Assembly: GCF_018977255.1 (NCBI RefSeq)
Contig: NW_024704755.1
Location: forward strand, 13,392,001 to 13,456,000
DNA: 64,000 nucleotides
Source: Callorhinchus milii
Taxonomy: Eukaryota
Direction of reading: 5' to 3'
Shown piece by piece: positions 1-13,325 of the stretch (position 1 is its first letter; each line of letters starts with the position of its first letter). A model generated the notes under the pieces. That model made no database searches, had not been told where the DNA came from, and worked only from the letters and a program-made list of their open reading frames with translations. The position numbers and the translations under genes were made by a program.

Positions 1-456
<456 letters not shown>

Positions 457-2689
457 TCACGTAATTGGTTAGCTATTATTGGCAACTAAACATTGACAAT
501 TTCTTTCCTCGTTGGATTTTCTAATCAAGCAAGCACACGTGCAAAGGGGTCACATATGTTACAATAAGTGGTTCATTATATGCTGTCAAAACAGAATAGA
601 AGCATTGGCAGCAGTGCCCTGGCACAACATATTTGCATACCAAGACACTGTGAGGAGATTTTGGAACCCAATCTGGCCCACGAATCCCCACAGGAAAGCA
701 CAACCCAGACTAGGAAAAATCCTCCAACTCTGAAATGATGGCTCACTGGGTGACTGCTGGGATGGAGAGGGAATTAATGTGTGGATCACCCCAGGCTGCT
801 TCATTGCACTCTGTGGCTGCTAATTATAGCACAGCACTAGCAGAGTCCTGTAAGCAGGTTGGCTGCTCTCTCAGTAACAGCAGTGTATGCAGCACAAGAT
901 GACTTAAAAGTAAAAGAAAGGCAATTGTAAAAAGATGGATATATAAAACCTACAATTTAGGATTTCATTAAAGACAAAAGTAGTGTCTAAACAAATCTGA
1001 ATGAAAAGTGATTTAGCATATTCTGTCATAATTAACTCATTTAGGTTTAAAAAGATCATTTGCTTTTCCAACTACAGGCATTAAGCTCCAGAAGGACAAC
1101 AGATGGGATCATTATTGAGGTTGTGAGAGAAGATCCAGGCAATGGAGTTCACAAGCAGAGCAGAAATCAATGAGCTAAAAGGTGCCTTTTATCACGAAAA
1201 CCAAAATTGATCAATATTTAAATAAAAAGTATAGATTGAAAAATTACTCCCCTATTTTCTGACTTTTGACAATTTCTGTGCTTGCACAGTTACACAGAGC
1301 AATATGGCACAGAAACAAGCCATTCAGCCGAATATGTCTGTGCTGGTGTTTGTACTCCACACGATCCCCTATTTCTATCTTTCCTATTTCCCTTACCCAT
1401 ACTGTCTCTTCCCTTCTCCCTCATGCTTGTTAAGCTGAACACACTCGATGTCACTCTTTTCCATTCCGTGCTCTCAGTGTCTGAGTCAAAAACTCTAATG
1501 CCAGGTATAATATGGGTTAGATGCATTGTAAAGCTGATTCTATGTTGCACAAACAATATGCCGAGTCTTGTCTCAAACAGTGCTGTCACTCAGCTTAATA
1601 GAGTATTGGTGGCGAAATGCATTAGAGAAAAAAAATCGTTTAAGTCTCTTCATTGTTGCACTGCCAGTTCAACTGGGCAGAGTATAAACATTTCAAACAC
1701 CCACCTTTACCCTTTCCTGAATTCCCTTTGAGAAAAAAAGAACTAATTTGCATTCTGACAGGGTAAAAATTTCACCCACCGACCATTATGCTTTACTGAA
1801 ATACAATCAACAATACTGTTAGAAGAAATCCCTAATTTACCGCTGTGAAATCTTCCATTTCCCACATCAGCCATCAAAACACCCTCTCAGCAGAGAGAGA
1901 ATGCAGTGCCACATTATAGGTCACGTTTGTCCTGCACACTAATCAGAAGCTGGATTCTTCCAGGATCTTTAGTGATCAGTCACAAGAGATTTTCAACCAA
2001 TTAATCTTTTGGGGGGAGATGAGCCAGGTGTCCGACACATACGGAAACCCATCACCATGCTGTCAGCACACTGTTTGTGCAACATAGAGGCAGCTTTACC
2101 ATACCTTGAACCCAATTATACCCGGTGTAGAAGTGCTTGAAAGGTTAAAAGGTAAAGGGACTTAGTCTAAGCTTGATTCCAATCCATGTCCCAGAAGTGA
2201 AGGACACTTAGCCAATTCAAATTGCAACTCAATATTCACTACAAAGCTGGACATCCAAAACTAACAGGATTTCTTCAAACCCTTGATGAATCTGGAAACT
2301 TTCCTTCTGAACCCCGAGCCTCAGTAGCAATGCCAGTTGAGTGCCAGTAACTCTAAGAATTATCCAAGAATCCCGGTGAGGTCCCTGGAAATCCGAACCC
2401 AATTTTGATCTCAAGATCCAGCCCGACCTTCCACCCCTACCCCCCAACCATAGCATACACATCACATGGAACTGAAGGCATTTCTTCATAAATACCTGCC
2501 TTCCTAAAAGAGAAAATTACTCCTTCAGTTTGAATGCCTTCTGATAAAGAATAGTGAAAGTGCAAACGTCGAAAATTCGATTTATGTATATTATCTATAT
2601 GTATCTAGTGGGAAATTATGTTTAAACTAGGGTTAAAAATGATATGTCAAGCAGAGAATTTCTGACAAAATGCAAGCTTTTTAAACTTA

Positions 2690-2956
<267 letters not shown>

Positions 2957-5900
2957 TTAAAATATACCGTGTCAAATAGTATAAAAATATTTTATTTCAA
3001 GATACTGAGAAAATAATATGAGAGCATCTAATTGATTCTAAGTGAGGAGAATGACATGCAATGAGAGATTCCTAATATTTCTACAACTAGAAGAATACGC
3101 AGAATAAATTGCACATTCTGTACCCAGGTGAGGCTTTTTTTTTTAAATTTGAAAATAATTTCATCTCAAACTATCAGAACATGCGGAATATATCAGTATT
3201 CAAGGTCATGGTAAGCAATATAAATTACTAAATAATATTCCAATATTAAAGCATGTAATTACACGGGTAACATTAAGCTTTGTTCTTTTAGTACTGATCC
3301 GAAAAAGCCTTCAACAGCTTTGAGTCTTCAGGTGAATATCCTTTCATTTTAATTTCTCCAAAAAATCTATTGCATTCTCCTGGAGGTTAAACAAAGACAA
3401 ACGCTGAATGCTGAACCAGCAGTGCACAGGTTACAAGCTGAAACATCTCCTCTTCCCTACAGGATAACATATAATTCAACCTCCTGTAAGTCCTATGATA
3501 TTCTATTTCTGCTAATAAAAATCTGGTGATTCACAACTCCTCTGATGGGCTGATGAGTAAAAGGAAAGTGTGGTGCAGCACTGGATCACATAGATCAGAT
3601 CACAGGTTCCAAAGCCTTGTTTGTGCTCAGTTAGCTGATCTCAACTAGACAGCAGCTGATGTACTGCAATTGGGTTCCTGCATCAAGGAGAGGAATGATA
3701 GCTATGGTACCCATTCTCAAGAGCCATGTTGGAAGATACACATGTGCTGGGTGAAGAGATCGGGCTGCGCTCTGATATTGTCTTCCCTTTGTTGAATGGT
3801 TGGCCGACACTCACAGTTAATGCTCCAACATAAACAAGGAAATCCATATTTATGGTTCCATTTATGTGGGGCCATAAGTCTAAAAGCCAAGAGTAGGTTA
3901 TAGCCCAGTGCATTCTGTGGTGGCTGTCCCAGGTGGCTTTTATATTGATACAACCTTAAAGTGCTGCAGGCCTTTTTCAAAAAAATTGTTCCTATAAATT
4001 TACTAATGAACCACGTACTCCCAACAAGTACATTTCGGGTTACACAGATTTTATAGTTTCTACACCTCTCGCTGCCTTTGGACTCAGCTTGTTGTGAACA
4101 GTAGGAAGGGATTGGGGTCAGGTCATTTCCCCACTCAACGTGTAACATTTTCATCTAAAACCTGTATAAAGTATTAGCAATGGACATTTTAGATATTTCA
4201 AGGGCAAGAAAAATACAGGGGGGTTTATTACGAGTAAAAAATAAGTAATAATGTGCCCTTTTATATTGCATTTTTCACATTGATTTAATGCAGTTTGAGT
4301 CTGGTTTCAAGGGAGGACATGTTTTGGGCTTTGACACCAGTGCTCTTCGTCTGCTGAATCTCCTCACATTCTCCAAGAAATGGCTTTACAAGTGTGCTTT
4401 GTTGTGGAGAAATAGTGCAACATATGATCACCAGCAGAGGATGCTATTGCTACGATTTTGTGCAATGCTTTCCAAGGCAGATGGTTATCAGCCAGTCTTT
4501 GCTATGGAATATTCCAAAGAGTTATTCAATAAAAAGAACAATTAAAAAGAAACAGGCATCGGCGTGGGTAGTTGACATTTTATTTGAAACACCTCACTTC
4601 TGGGGTTTAATGCGGATTGGCAGCGAAATGGTTGCAAAGCGAAAATGCACAGGAAGAGATTTTAAATTGCAGAAAAGTTTCCAATTGCCATAATTAGGGA
4701 AGAATACTTTAAAGGTGAAGGCTGCACTCTACAGTGATGCTCCCAATCTGATAACATTGCAATATTATAGTTTCAGCATTTACCCAAACTAAATGCCTGC
4801 CATACCCCCAGGCTGTTCGAAGAAGTGCATCAATTGGGGATCATTGAATTCACGGTCCGTCCTGAAATTGCCTTTTGCCATTGTGAACCTGTTCCCTTTC
4901 ATTCTGCTGTCTTGGTTTATCTGAAAGCATTGTTTTGGGATTACTTTTGCAATCCCATATATTGTACTTCTACAACAGATGTACATAACTGGGGTAGATG
5001 GGATTCAAAGGGATTTGCTACCTGTGATGCTGCATGGCCAACTCACCTTTAACGTAAGTCAAACTAACTAGGTTCTAGCTGTGCTGGATTTGGGAACAAT
5101 TATCAGCAACTGCAAAACCGGTGCCAATTTGCACTTAAAAAGCTTTTTCTACACCACAGAACCCATCACAAATACTCCAGTCGGTCTGAATGAGAAGGGT
5201 TGTCTTTTCATTCAACATAATGCATTACCAACTGTGGTACTGTTAAATATCAGGAACGCACATCAGGGTGACCAGAATTGATTCTGCAGCGCTGGAAAGG
5301 CACGCCCTCTGTAATTAATATTAAACACTCAGAAAAGAGTTAACCTGCTCTCATAAGGCTCTGCAATGCAGCACGTTCTAGGCAGTATGCCGCAGCCACA
5401 TGAACAGAAGCCAGTACTGATATTAAATGTGTTATCGATTTCTTGGTCGCTCCAGCTATATAACACACTCCCTGCATAGCACGTCAACTGCATGCATAGG
5501 CTAAGGGAAAATAGGCCAGTGCTGGAAACCAGTCCTGAACCAAAGCCAACCTCTTCTGTACTGCAACAAAGAAATCAGTGTAATAAATTAAAGCACTCTC
5601 TGCTTTGCACTCGGGCTCCATTATATAATCAGGAGATAATAAAAGCTCTGAAGGAACAGAGCCCAAGAATCATTTAAAAGAATCAGATTTTGGTCCAACA
5701 CAAAGCCAACTACAATGAAGAAAACTTTATACTGAAGGACAAAGTAAAGTGAAGTCTCAATAAGAAATCGTCTGTGAAGGCATCGTACTGCTGAGGAGAT
5801 ATTGTGGGCCTCTTGTTTCACTAGAGGGCTACACTACATGGCCAGGGACTCTTGTGCAAACAGGAGGAGAATACCAATGATGTTCCACTTACCAACATTG

Positions 5901-8900
5901 CCATTCCTTCAGTTGGCAATTTGCTGCTTATATTTATTTCTACTGTACAAAGTCTGGAACATATGTAGCGTGGAGGAGGAAGGGGATTGCGTCCCAACGG
6001 TAAAGCCATGCTATTAACACAATATAGGTTAGGTTCAAACTACAATACTAACACATTGTTCCTGTCATCGCCTCCACCTTCCCCAACTACATACAAACTA
6101 ATGCAGTTTTAGCTGGTTAAATTCCAACAGTACCTCAATGCACACTCTGTATTTCTAAACAGATTCAAAAAGCTGCTGCAACCAGAAGTGCATAAAACTG
6201 ACCCACAGGAACTTTACTTGGGAAAGGCACGTTTCAAATTGGTCATTCACTTCCTGGCCATTTCTGGGACATTGCCACGTATAAATCACCTGCTACATTC
6301 GCCATAATTCAGTATAGTCACAAATACATAGTCACCTCACTTCACAGTAAAATCCTGTGAAGCGCTTTGAGACATCTTGACAATGTGATAATTCTTGCAT
6401 TTGCTGCAGCACAACATCTGAGCAGCACAAAGATGTTTCCACATTGTTAAGGTCACATAGCTTTTGTTGTTGCACACAACAGAATCACTGAAGGTACAAG
6501 TCTCGCCAATTTATCACCACCACTATTGAGGCCACAGATCCAGTGGCTTTGGTACTTATTGCAGACTCCAGTCTTCCTTTTGTACAAGAATATCTTTAAA
6601 TAGGGTAGAAATAATGAAAGAAAGCACCAAGTCAAAATGAGGCTTCCTTTTCATCTCTCACATAGGAGTTTCAAACCAAGTACAATAATCCTTGCATTTG
6701 ATATAGTTCCTTTAAAGTCCAAAAGACTCAAAGCACCTCACTGATAATGCTGTCAAGCATTTGTAGACAATTTTATATTTAACATCCAATTGATTAGACG
6801 TCAATATACCAGGAGTAACTTTGCAATTACTTAATGTAGGACTCGTAAAAGGAGAAAGCTGGATTGCAATAAAAATTACTGATGCATTTCTAAGCAGGTT
6901 ATATGACCATATACCAAAGGCTGAGCAGTTTACATTACTCAGATCACACACTGCTGAAACAATACGTGCAGATGAATGCAAGACTGAATTAATCTGTCAA
7001 CGAGAGCGGGGCAAGAAAGATAAGGCAAATCTATAATTAAGGTAACTAAATTTAGATGTGGGCAACGCTTCTACAGTAAGTGATAGAACAAAGCTGTAGT
7101 GAGTGGATTTTTAAAAAAAAATCTGAATATTTAAAGACGAGATTTGCTTTTCGTGATTACTTTAATTACATTAAGATGAGGCTCTCTGGATGCAAATCAC
7201 TCCTATTTATAATTGTAACTAAACTATAATCAGACAATATTTCCCTCCACCCCAGGAAGGTTTTTGAGTACTTTTTCCTTCTACTGGAATATGAATTCTC
7301 TGGTAAGACATAAAGTGACTATTATTCATTCATGTCTCTCGACAAGGAGTGTTGGCAGGCTATTTTGTTCTCCCATATCCAGGGGGTTTAGATCAACTGT
7401 AATGTCCTCAATTTTTGCACAGGTTGCAATCAGCTAACCCTCAGAGAATTCAAACCTGCAACAAGTGATGGAGGCTAGTTAGTTTAAAGTGCTCCAGGAT
7501 GCTACTTCTCATGAAAGGCGCTGTATAAATGCAACTTGTTGTTATTTAAAACGTGCATAGCACATTTTGCAAAACTTTTGCAAAAAAATGCAAAACTTTA
7601 AACATTATCAATCTGTTGCTTTGAATATTCACAATATTACTGTTGTACGCTACTACCAACTGGCATAATTACATTTTCCAGGCTATAAAATAATTAGCGT
7701 GACCTTACGCAAAGCTAAATTTGTACCAGTCGCTTTTGATATTCAGTGAAATGTCTTCTTGGTGCCTTCGATGGCAATTTATTTTCCCCTGTGATAAGTA
7801 AGCAATATTACACTTGCTTCCCTGCAGCTTAGGTCTGTACATGTTGCACTCTACTGGTCTCTTAGCAATGTATTTATTTCCAAAATGATGATCAGGACAT
7901 CAGGAAAAACTCCCTTCTCTTTTCAAATAGCCCCCCTCCTTCCCGACTCAAGTGCACAACCAGCAGTGCAAAACGCTTTGAAACATCCTCTTGACATGAA
8001 ATGCACTATATAAATGCAACTTGTGTTGTATAATGCGCAATTCTGGCTGATGAAAAATCCTAGAATCTACTGGAAACAACTGGGAAACAATAAAGCACTT
8101 TGCAGCATTCTTTCAAGCAGGCTAATAGAATTTTAAAAACTGTCACTTACTCTCTCAAAAAAATCAATTAGGAAAGTAATGGTTGGCACAGAGACAGCAG
8201 CTCTATTAGTGCTTACAATCTAAGTGCACACCAAAAGAGAAATGCAGTGTTAACACAAGTTATCAAAATAAACAGACTAATAATACTATTTGCTGTATTG
8301 AATTTTTGTTGAATTGAATAGAAAATGTATGCACACTCACCCCCTCCACCCCTCCCCCCATTTATTTCTTCCCTCACTCTTGTCAATTCTTTCATTAAAA
8401 TTCAACCGATCTTTCTTGTAATTTAGTTGTAAACATTCAATGCAGTCTTTATCCTCACTGTAGTGCATAATGTGGATGAAGTATGCATTGTGCTCCAGAC
8501 AAACATAAATCTGGATGATTTAACAGTTTCATATCGGACGATAGGACTGGCAGCCAACCAGTAGCTAATCATCTGCAGTAACTTAACTTTTACAACATAG
8601 CTTTTAACTTTCTTCAGGGAATTATGACGTTATAAGAAATGTGATTTAAAAGTATTGCTCTGGGTCTACAGATGAGACAGGGTACTCAGTAAATGAATCC
8701 ATTGAGTTTTCAAAGAAAAAAACTTCAAAAGAATCTCACCTTGAACCAAAGAGCTAAAAAATAGATTGTACTGTAGATATCTGATAAATTAGCACTATTT
8801 ATTAAATCTCAATCAATAAGGCACAACTATAGGAAAGAAAATCATTGATACTGAATATTTAAGTGCAAATCGTTCAGGGAAATTTTTCAATACTATTCAT

Positions 8901-11789
8901 AGAGAGAGCTACAGAATCATAAATATTAACTCCCAACCATGAAGAGACCCTGTTGGCTCAATCAGTAAAACCACACTGGAAAAGCTGCAGGCTATATAAA
9001 TTCAGTACTTTTTTTTAAATCTGTGGTGGTAGTAGGTGGTAAATGACCTCAATGCCCTTGGGATTAGTAAAGGAAGGGGAAAAATTAAGGCAGTGGTCCC
9101 ATTTTGGGCTGCTACTCAGGGATCCCTGCTGACAATGGATGTGTGTTGGGCTTGGCTACAATGCTATGGCATTGCCCAAACCACCCCCACCCCGCTCAGG
9201 TCCAAATCCCTGACTGGCCAGCGTCTTGGGACATCCTCCCGACGTGAAAGGCACTATACAAGTGTAATTTTGTATTGTATGGCATGGTCAAATAGTCCTC
9301 AGGCACCTCCTGTCTAGGCTCACATGAGAAGGATGGCCACTAAGGCAAGATACCAGAGAGCAACTGAACCCACGGAACTGTAGCAAGATTTGGTGCATAG
9401 CAGAACAAGCAAGGAGAGAGGGGAAGACAAGGAAAACTACACATTATAAACACTTTGCTGAGAATTGTAAGGCTACCTATCACCTGAGATTCCATCAGGA
9501 TTTTTGTTTAGATAAATATATAGGAATCAATAGATACTATGTGATATTCTGGGCAAATTTAAAAATGGTCCAACAAGTTCTTTGAAACATTATGTGCAAT
9601 TTTGAAAATCATGATGCATACATATGAAATTGAAATGTTACCCAAAACAGTACAGTAATGCTATCTGGAATGGAATGCACATTCGTTTCCTGGAGGATGC
9701 ACCCTACTTACTGAATTCTACAGAGTATTAAGCGCAGATTGGCAAGAGCCAAGGCTTGGGGGATCCCAGAATGTGCGCTGGAGTAACTGCTGGAGCTTAG
9801 CCCGCTAAAACCGCATAGCTTGCAATTGAGAGCATTGTCTGGCAAGCTTTGCACTGCTTGTCCAGCTAGGACCACCTTAGCAGTCACAGTTGGGTTTATA
9901 GTTTCCTTGCTTCGCCCCCCCCGCCCTCCTCCCAACCCGACCTTCAACTCGGGTTCATAACTCTGTCTGTACAGCGCCTTGGGACGTCCTCCCGAAGTGA
10001 AAGGCACGATATGAATGCAATTTTGTTGTTAGAGTTAGCAGGAGCCAAGTAAGAAAGGCGAGGAGGAGAAAATGACTGAAAGTGTGGTCAAAGAGGTAAG
10101 TTTTGAGGTACTTGAAAGAGGAGAGGGAAGGAGCAAGAGACCTGGGAGGAAGCAAGTTTATGTGCTGTCTATAAAATGATGCAGACCCTAAAAATGGTAG
10201 CTAAGACTCATAAGAATTCAGCTATTTCACACTATTGCACCTTTTCAGTCATCAGGAACTCTGGGTGGAATTAATGGCATTCAAATATTAAAATTGCTAC
10301 AAGCCCAAATGTCATATAAATGAAATTCAATGAAAAGATTTCTACATCATTCACCCCATGAAATATTAAGAAGTACAGCTAGATATAAAATCAATAGTAG
10401 CATTTACAACACCTGTGTATCAGTGTAATATTCACTGCAGATTCATCATGTTGAATGCTTGTATAAATGTATTACCCATATGCTTTGTGACAGTATAAGA
10501 TTACAACATACAACCCTAAAGGTAAGTATCAAAGCACATGCAGCATTAGACCTATGTCAAATTACATAGAGGTCTGCCAAATATGTTATTTAAGTGACTC
10601 CTTCAGGGATTTGAAGCAAAAGCAGGTAAATGGAGTTGAGGTACAACTCAGCAATGATCCAACAGAATGGCGGAACAGGCTTGTGGGGCTGAATTGCCTA
10701 CTCCTGTTCCCATATTGCTAAAAGACATGTTGTACTAACACTTCACCCTGCTACACATGGTCACTGTACACCTGTGCACAGCAAGCTTCCCTGCAGAGGT
10801 ATTTAGTATAATGAGCAAAGCAGATTTATTTCTCGTCTCTTTCCTTTGAAAATGCTCATTAATTCTAGAGTATGGTGTGCACGTGCTGAGATTCCTCAAT
10901 GCCTCACACAAGTGGTGCATTTATCCACTGAGTCATCAGAGAAGTTCAGAATGTCTCCAAGTATTAGTTCTGAAGAAGTTATCTTAATGGAGTTTACAGG
11001 TCCCCTCAGGCCTGACCTGGCTCCAAAGTGATGTGCCTGGTAACAGAATATCTTAGAATTCCAGAATAGATACTTTGGGAATGTTCCCGTAAACTAGTTC
11101 ATGAGCCAGGCAGGGTTGCATTGTTGACAACAGTACCAGCGAGCCAGGATTGTCAGCAGTACTTGGAAGTGCAGACTACCTATAGGGGGCAGAGATTCTT
11201 CCCACTCAGCTTCTGTTATTGTGCAAACTATAGCCTAAACTGGTGTGTGTGTGGTGGGGGGGACGCAGACCAGTTTATCCATCTATGAGTTTATAGCTGG
11301 ATAAACACCAGGAAGCTTGGAAACATTGTGCGCAATGGCAAGCTATACAGTTTTAACTGATTAAACTCCAGTGGTACCCCACAGTCTGGGGTTTCCAGGT
11401 CTTGGCTCCTGTCAACCAGCATCTAATACACTCCATAATGAGATAAGCAGGGTGCCCCCCTACCAGGAGAGACTGCTCAACAACAACAACAACATTTCAT
11501 TTATAGAGCGCCTTTCACGTCGGGAGGACGTCCCAAGGCGCTGGACAGTTGGGTCAGGACCCGAGCATTGGGGGGAAATGATCAGGGTGAGGGGAGGGAG
11601 CGAGGAGGGGGTAGAGAGTTGAGAGGGGAGCTGAAGACACCGTCATTCCATTCCAGACACAGGGAAATTTGTGGAAATTTACTTTACTTGAGTGAAACCC
11701 GTGAAGTCTTTCAATATTTCCTCCCAACATGAGAGGCGTGACATCGAATGCTAAGATCATTCCATTAAAGGAAAAAACAAGACAAGACA

Positions 11790-12014
11790 GGTAATAATCC
11801 CTCCAAAAAAAAATAAAACAATAATAAATTGGTCATTTTCATTCCATGACTGTTTGTGGGACATTGCTGTGCGCAATTGGCTGCCGCGTTCGCCCACAAA
11901 TGTACAGTCAATTCACTTTACAGTGTGTTCTGTGAAGCGCTTTGGGACGTCCTCTCCCGACGTGAAAAGCGCTATATCAAATGCAAGGATTATTATTATT
12001 ATTATTATTATTAC
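11790..12014 (+). mobile_element. Family A SINE, 5'-truncated
   Basis: Same body and (ATT)n tail as the other copies. Confidence 0.88.
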
Positions 12015-12179
12015 TAGGTGCTGGGGGGGGGGGGGGAAGGAATGTTAGAGCACAATAAAACAGGAGAGTGGGGAATCAGATCAGATGGCCAGTGTGGGCG
12101 GGCTCCATGGCCTCCTTCTGTGCTACACCATCCATTTCCAGGGGCTGGAAGCTTTCCCGGTGATGGCTTTCCCGGCATC

Positions 12180-12800
12180 TCTGAACGCGGCGCGAGATTC
12201 CCAGCGCCTGCAGCTTTCCCAATGGCACGGAACAGGGCAGCGGCTGTCAGACACGGTCGGCAAGGCGGCAGCCATGGTCGAGGCTGTGCAGTGACACGCA
12301 GGATACGAAGTCGGTTCGCCTGCAGCGAGCGGCGGTGTGTAGCGGGGAGGAGGGGCGCTGTCAGCCGGGGGCTTCCCTGAGGCCTGGTACCCGCGAGGCC
12401 TCAGCGAGCGAGCGCGAAAGGGAGAGGCCGCTCCGGCCTGCAGTTACCTGGCTCTGTCCTCTCCAGGTGATTGTGGTGATGGTGCCGCCGCCGCCGCTTC
12501 GGTCTCTTCTTCACCGCCGCCGCACGAGCTCCCGTCAAGCACCGCGCACCAGGCCGCGCTCCCATTGGACGGCGGCTCGGCCCGGCAGGCCCCGCGCGCC
12601 GCCTGCCGACCAATAGGCGCGGGCCCCTGGCTCCCGTTGGACGGGCGGCTCCGCCAATCCGCGCCGAGCGACCTGGGTCGCCAACGGTCGCGGGCGGTGC
12701 GTGGGCAGTTCGAAATACCGGTCAGATTGCGGCCGTTACCCCGACGCGGCGCTCGAGGCTGCCCCCTGGGCCTGTACTGACTCAACTCCGGTACTTACCC
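12180..12800 (-). promoter_or_regulatory. NUP93: CpG-island promoter and non-coding exon 1 of NUP93
   Basis: CpG-dense. CCAAT/ATTGG boxes at 12564, 12610 and 12654. Minus-strand donor CAG|gtaac at 12448/12447. Lies ~9.5 kb upstream of the coding exon, consistent with an untranslated exon 1. Confidence 0.7.
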
Positions 12801-12954
12801 CCAAAAACATGGAGGAGCGAGAGAGAGGGAGGGAGGGGGGGGTCTGAGGCCTTGGGTCCTGTCATCTCACTGCTCCTCGGCCTCCCTAACGCTGCCCTCC
12901 CACCGGCCGCGGATCATCCAGAACCCCGCAGCTCGTGACCTCTCCCAGACTCCG

Positions 12955-13325
12955 TGACCACCCACCCACCCTCCCTCGTCCTCTCCCCATCCACCGCCCA
13001 CCCACCCACCCACCCTCGTCCTCTCCCCATCCACCACCCACCCACCCACCCTCGTCCTCTCCCCATCCACCGCCCACCACCCACCCACCCTCGTCCTCTC
13101 CCCGTCCACCCCCACCCACCCACCCTCGTCCTCTCCCCATCCACCGCCCACCCACCCACCCACCCTCGTCCTCTCCCCATCCACCGCCCACCCACCCACC
13201 CTCGTCCTCTCCCCATCCACCGCCCACCCACCCACCCACCCTCGTCCTCTCCCCATCCACCGCCCACCCACCCACCCACCCTCGTCCTCTCCCCATCCAC
13301 CGCCCACCCACCCACCCACCCTCGC
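12955..13325. repeat. ~36-40 bp C-rich minisatellite within an L2 fragment (12865-13660)
   Basis: Unit ccaccgcccacccacccaccctcgtcctctccccat, about 9 copies. Confidence 0.9.

Noticed and set aside
4789-4986. 65-aa minus-strand ORF in the NUP93 intron
   Set aside because: FQINQDSRMKGNRFTMAKGNFRTD resembles a decayed CR1 ORF2 C-terminus.
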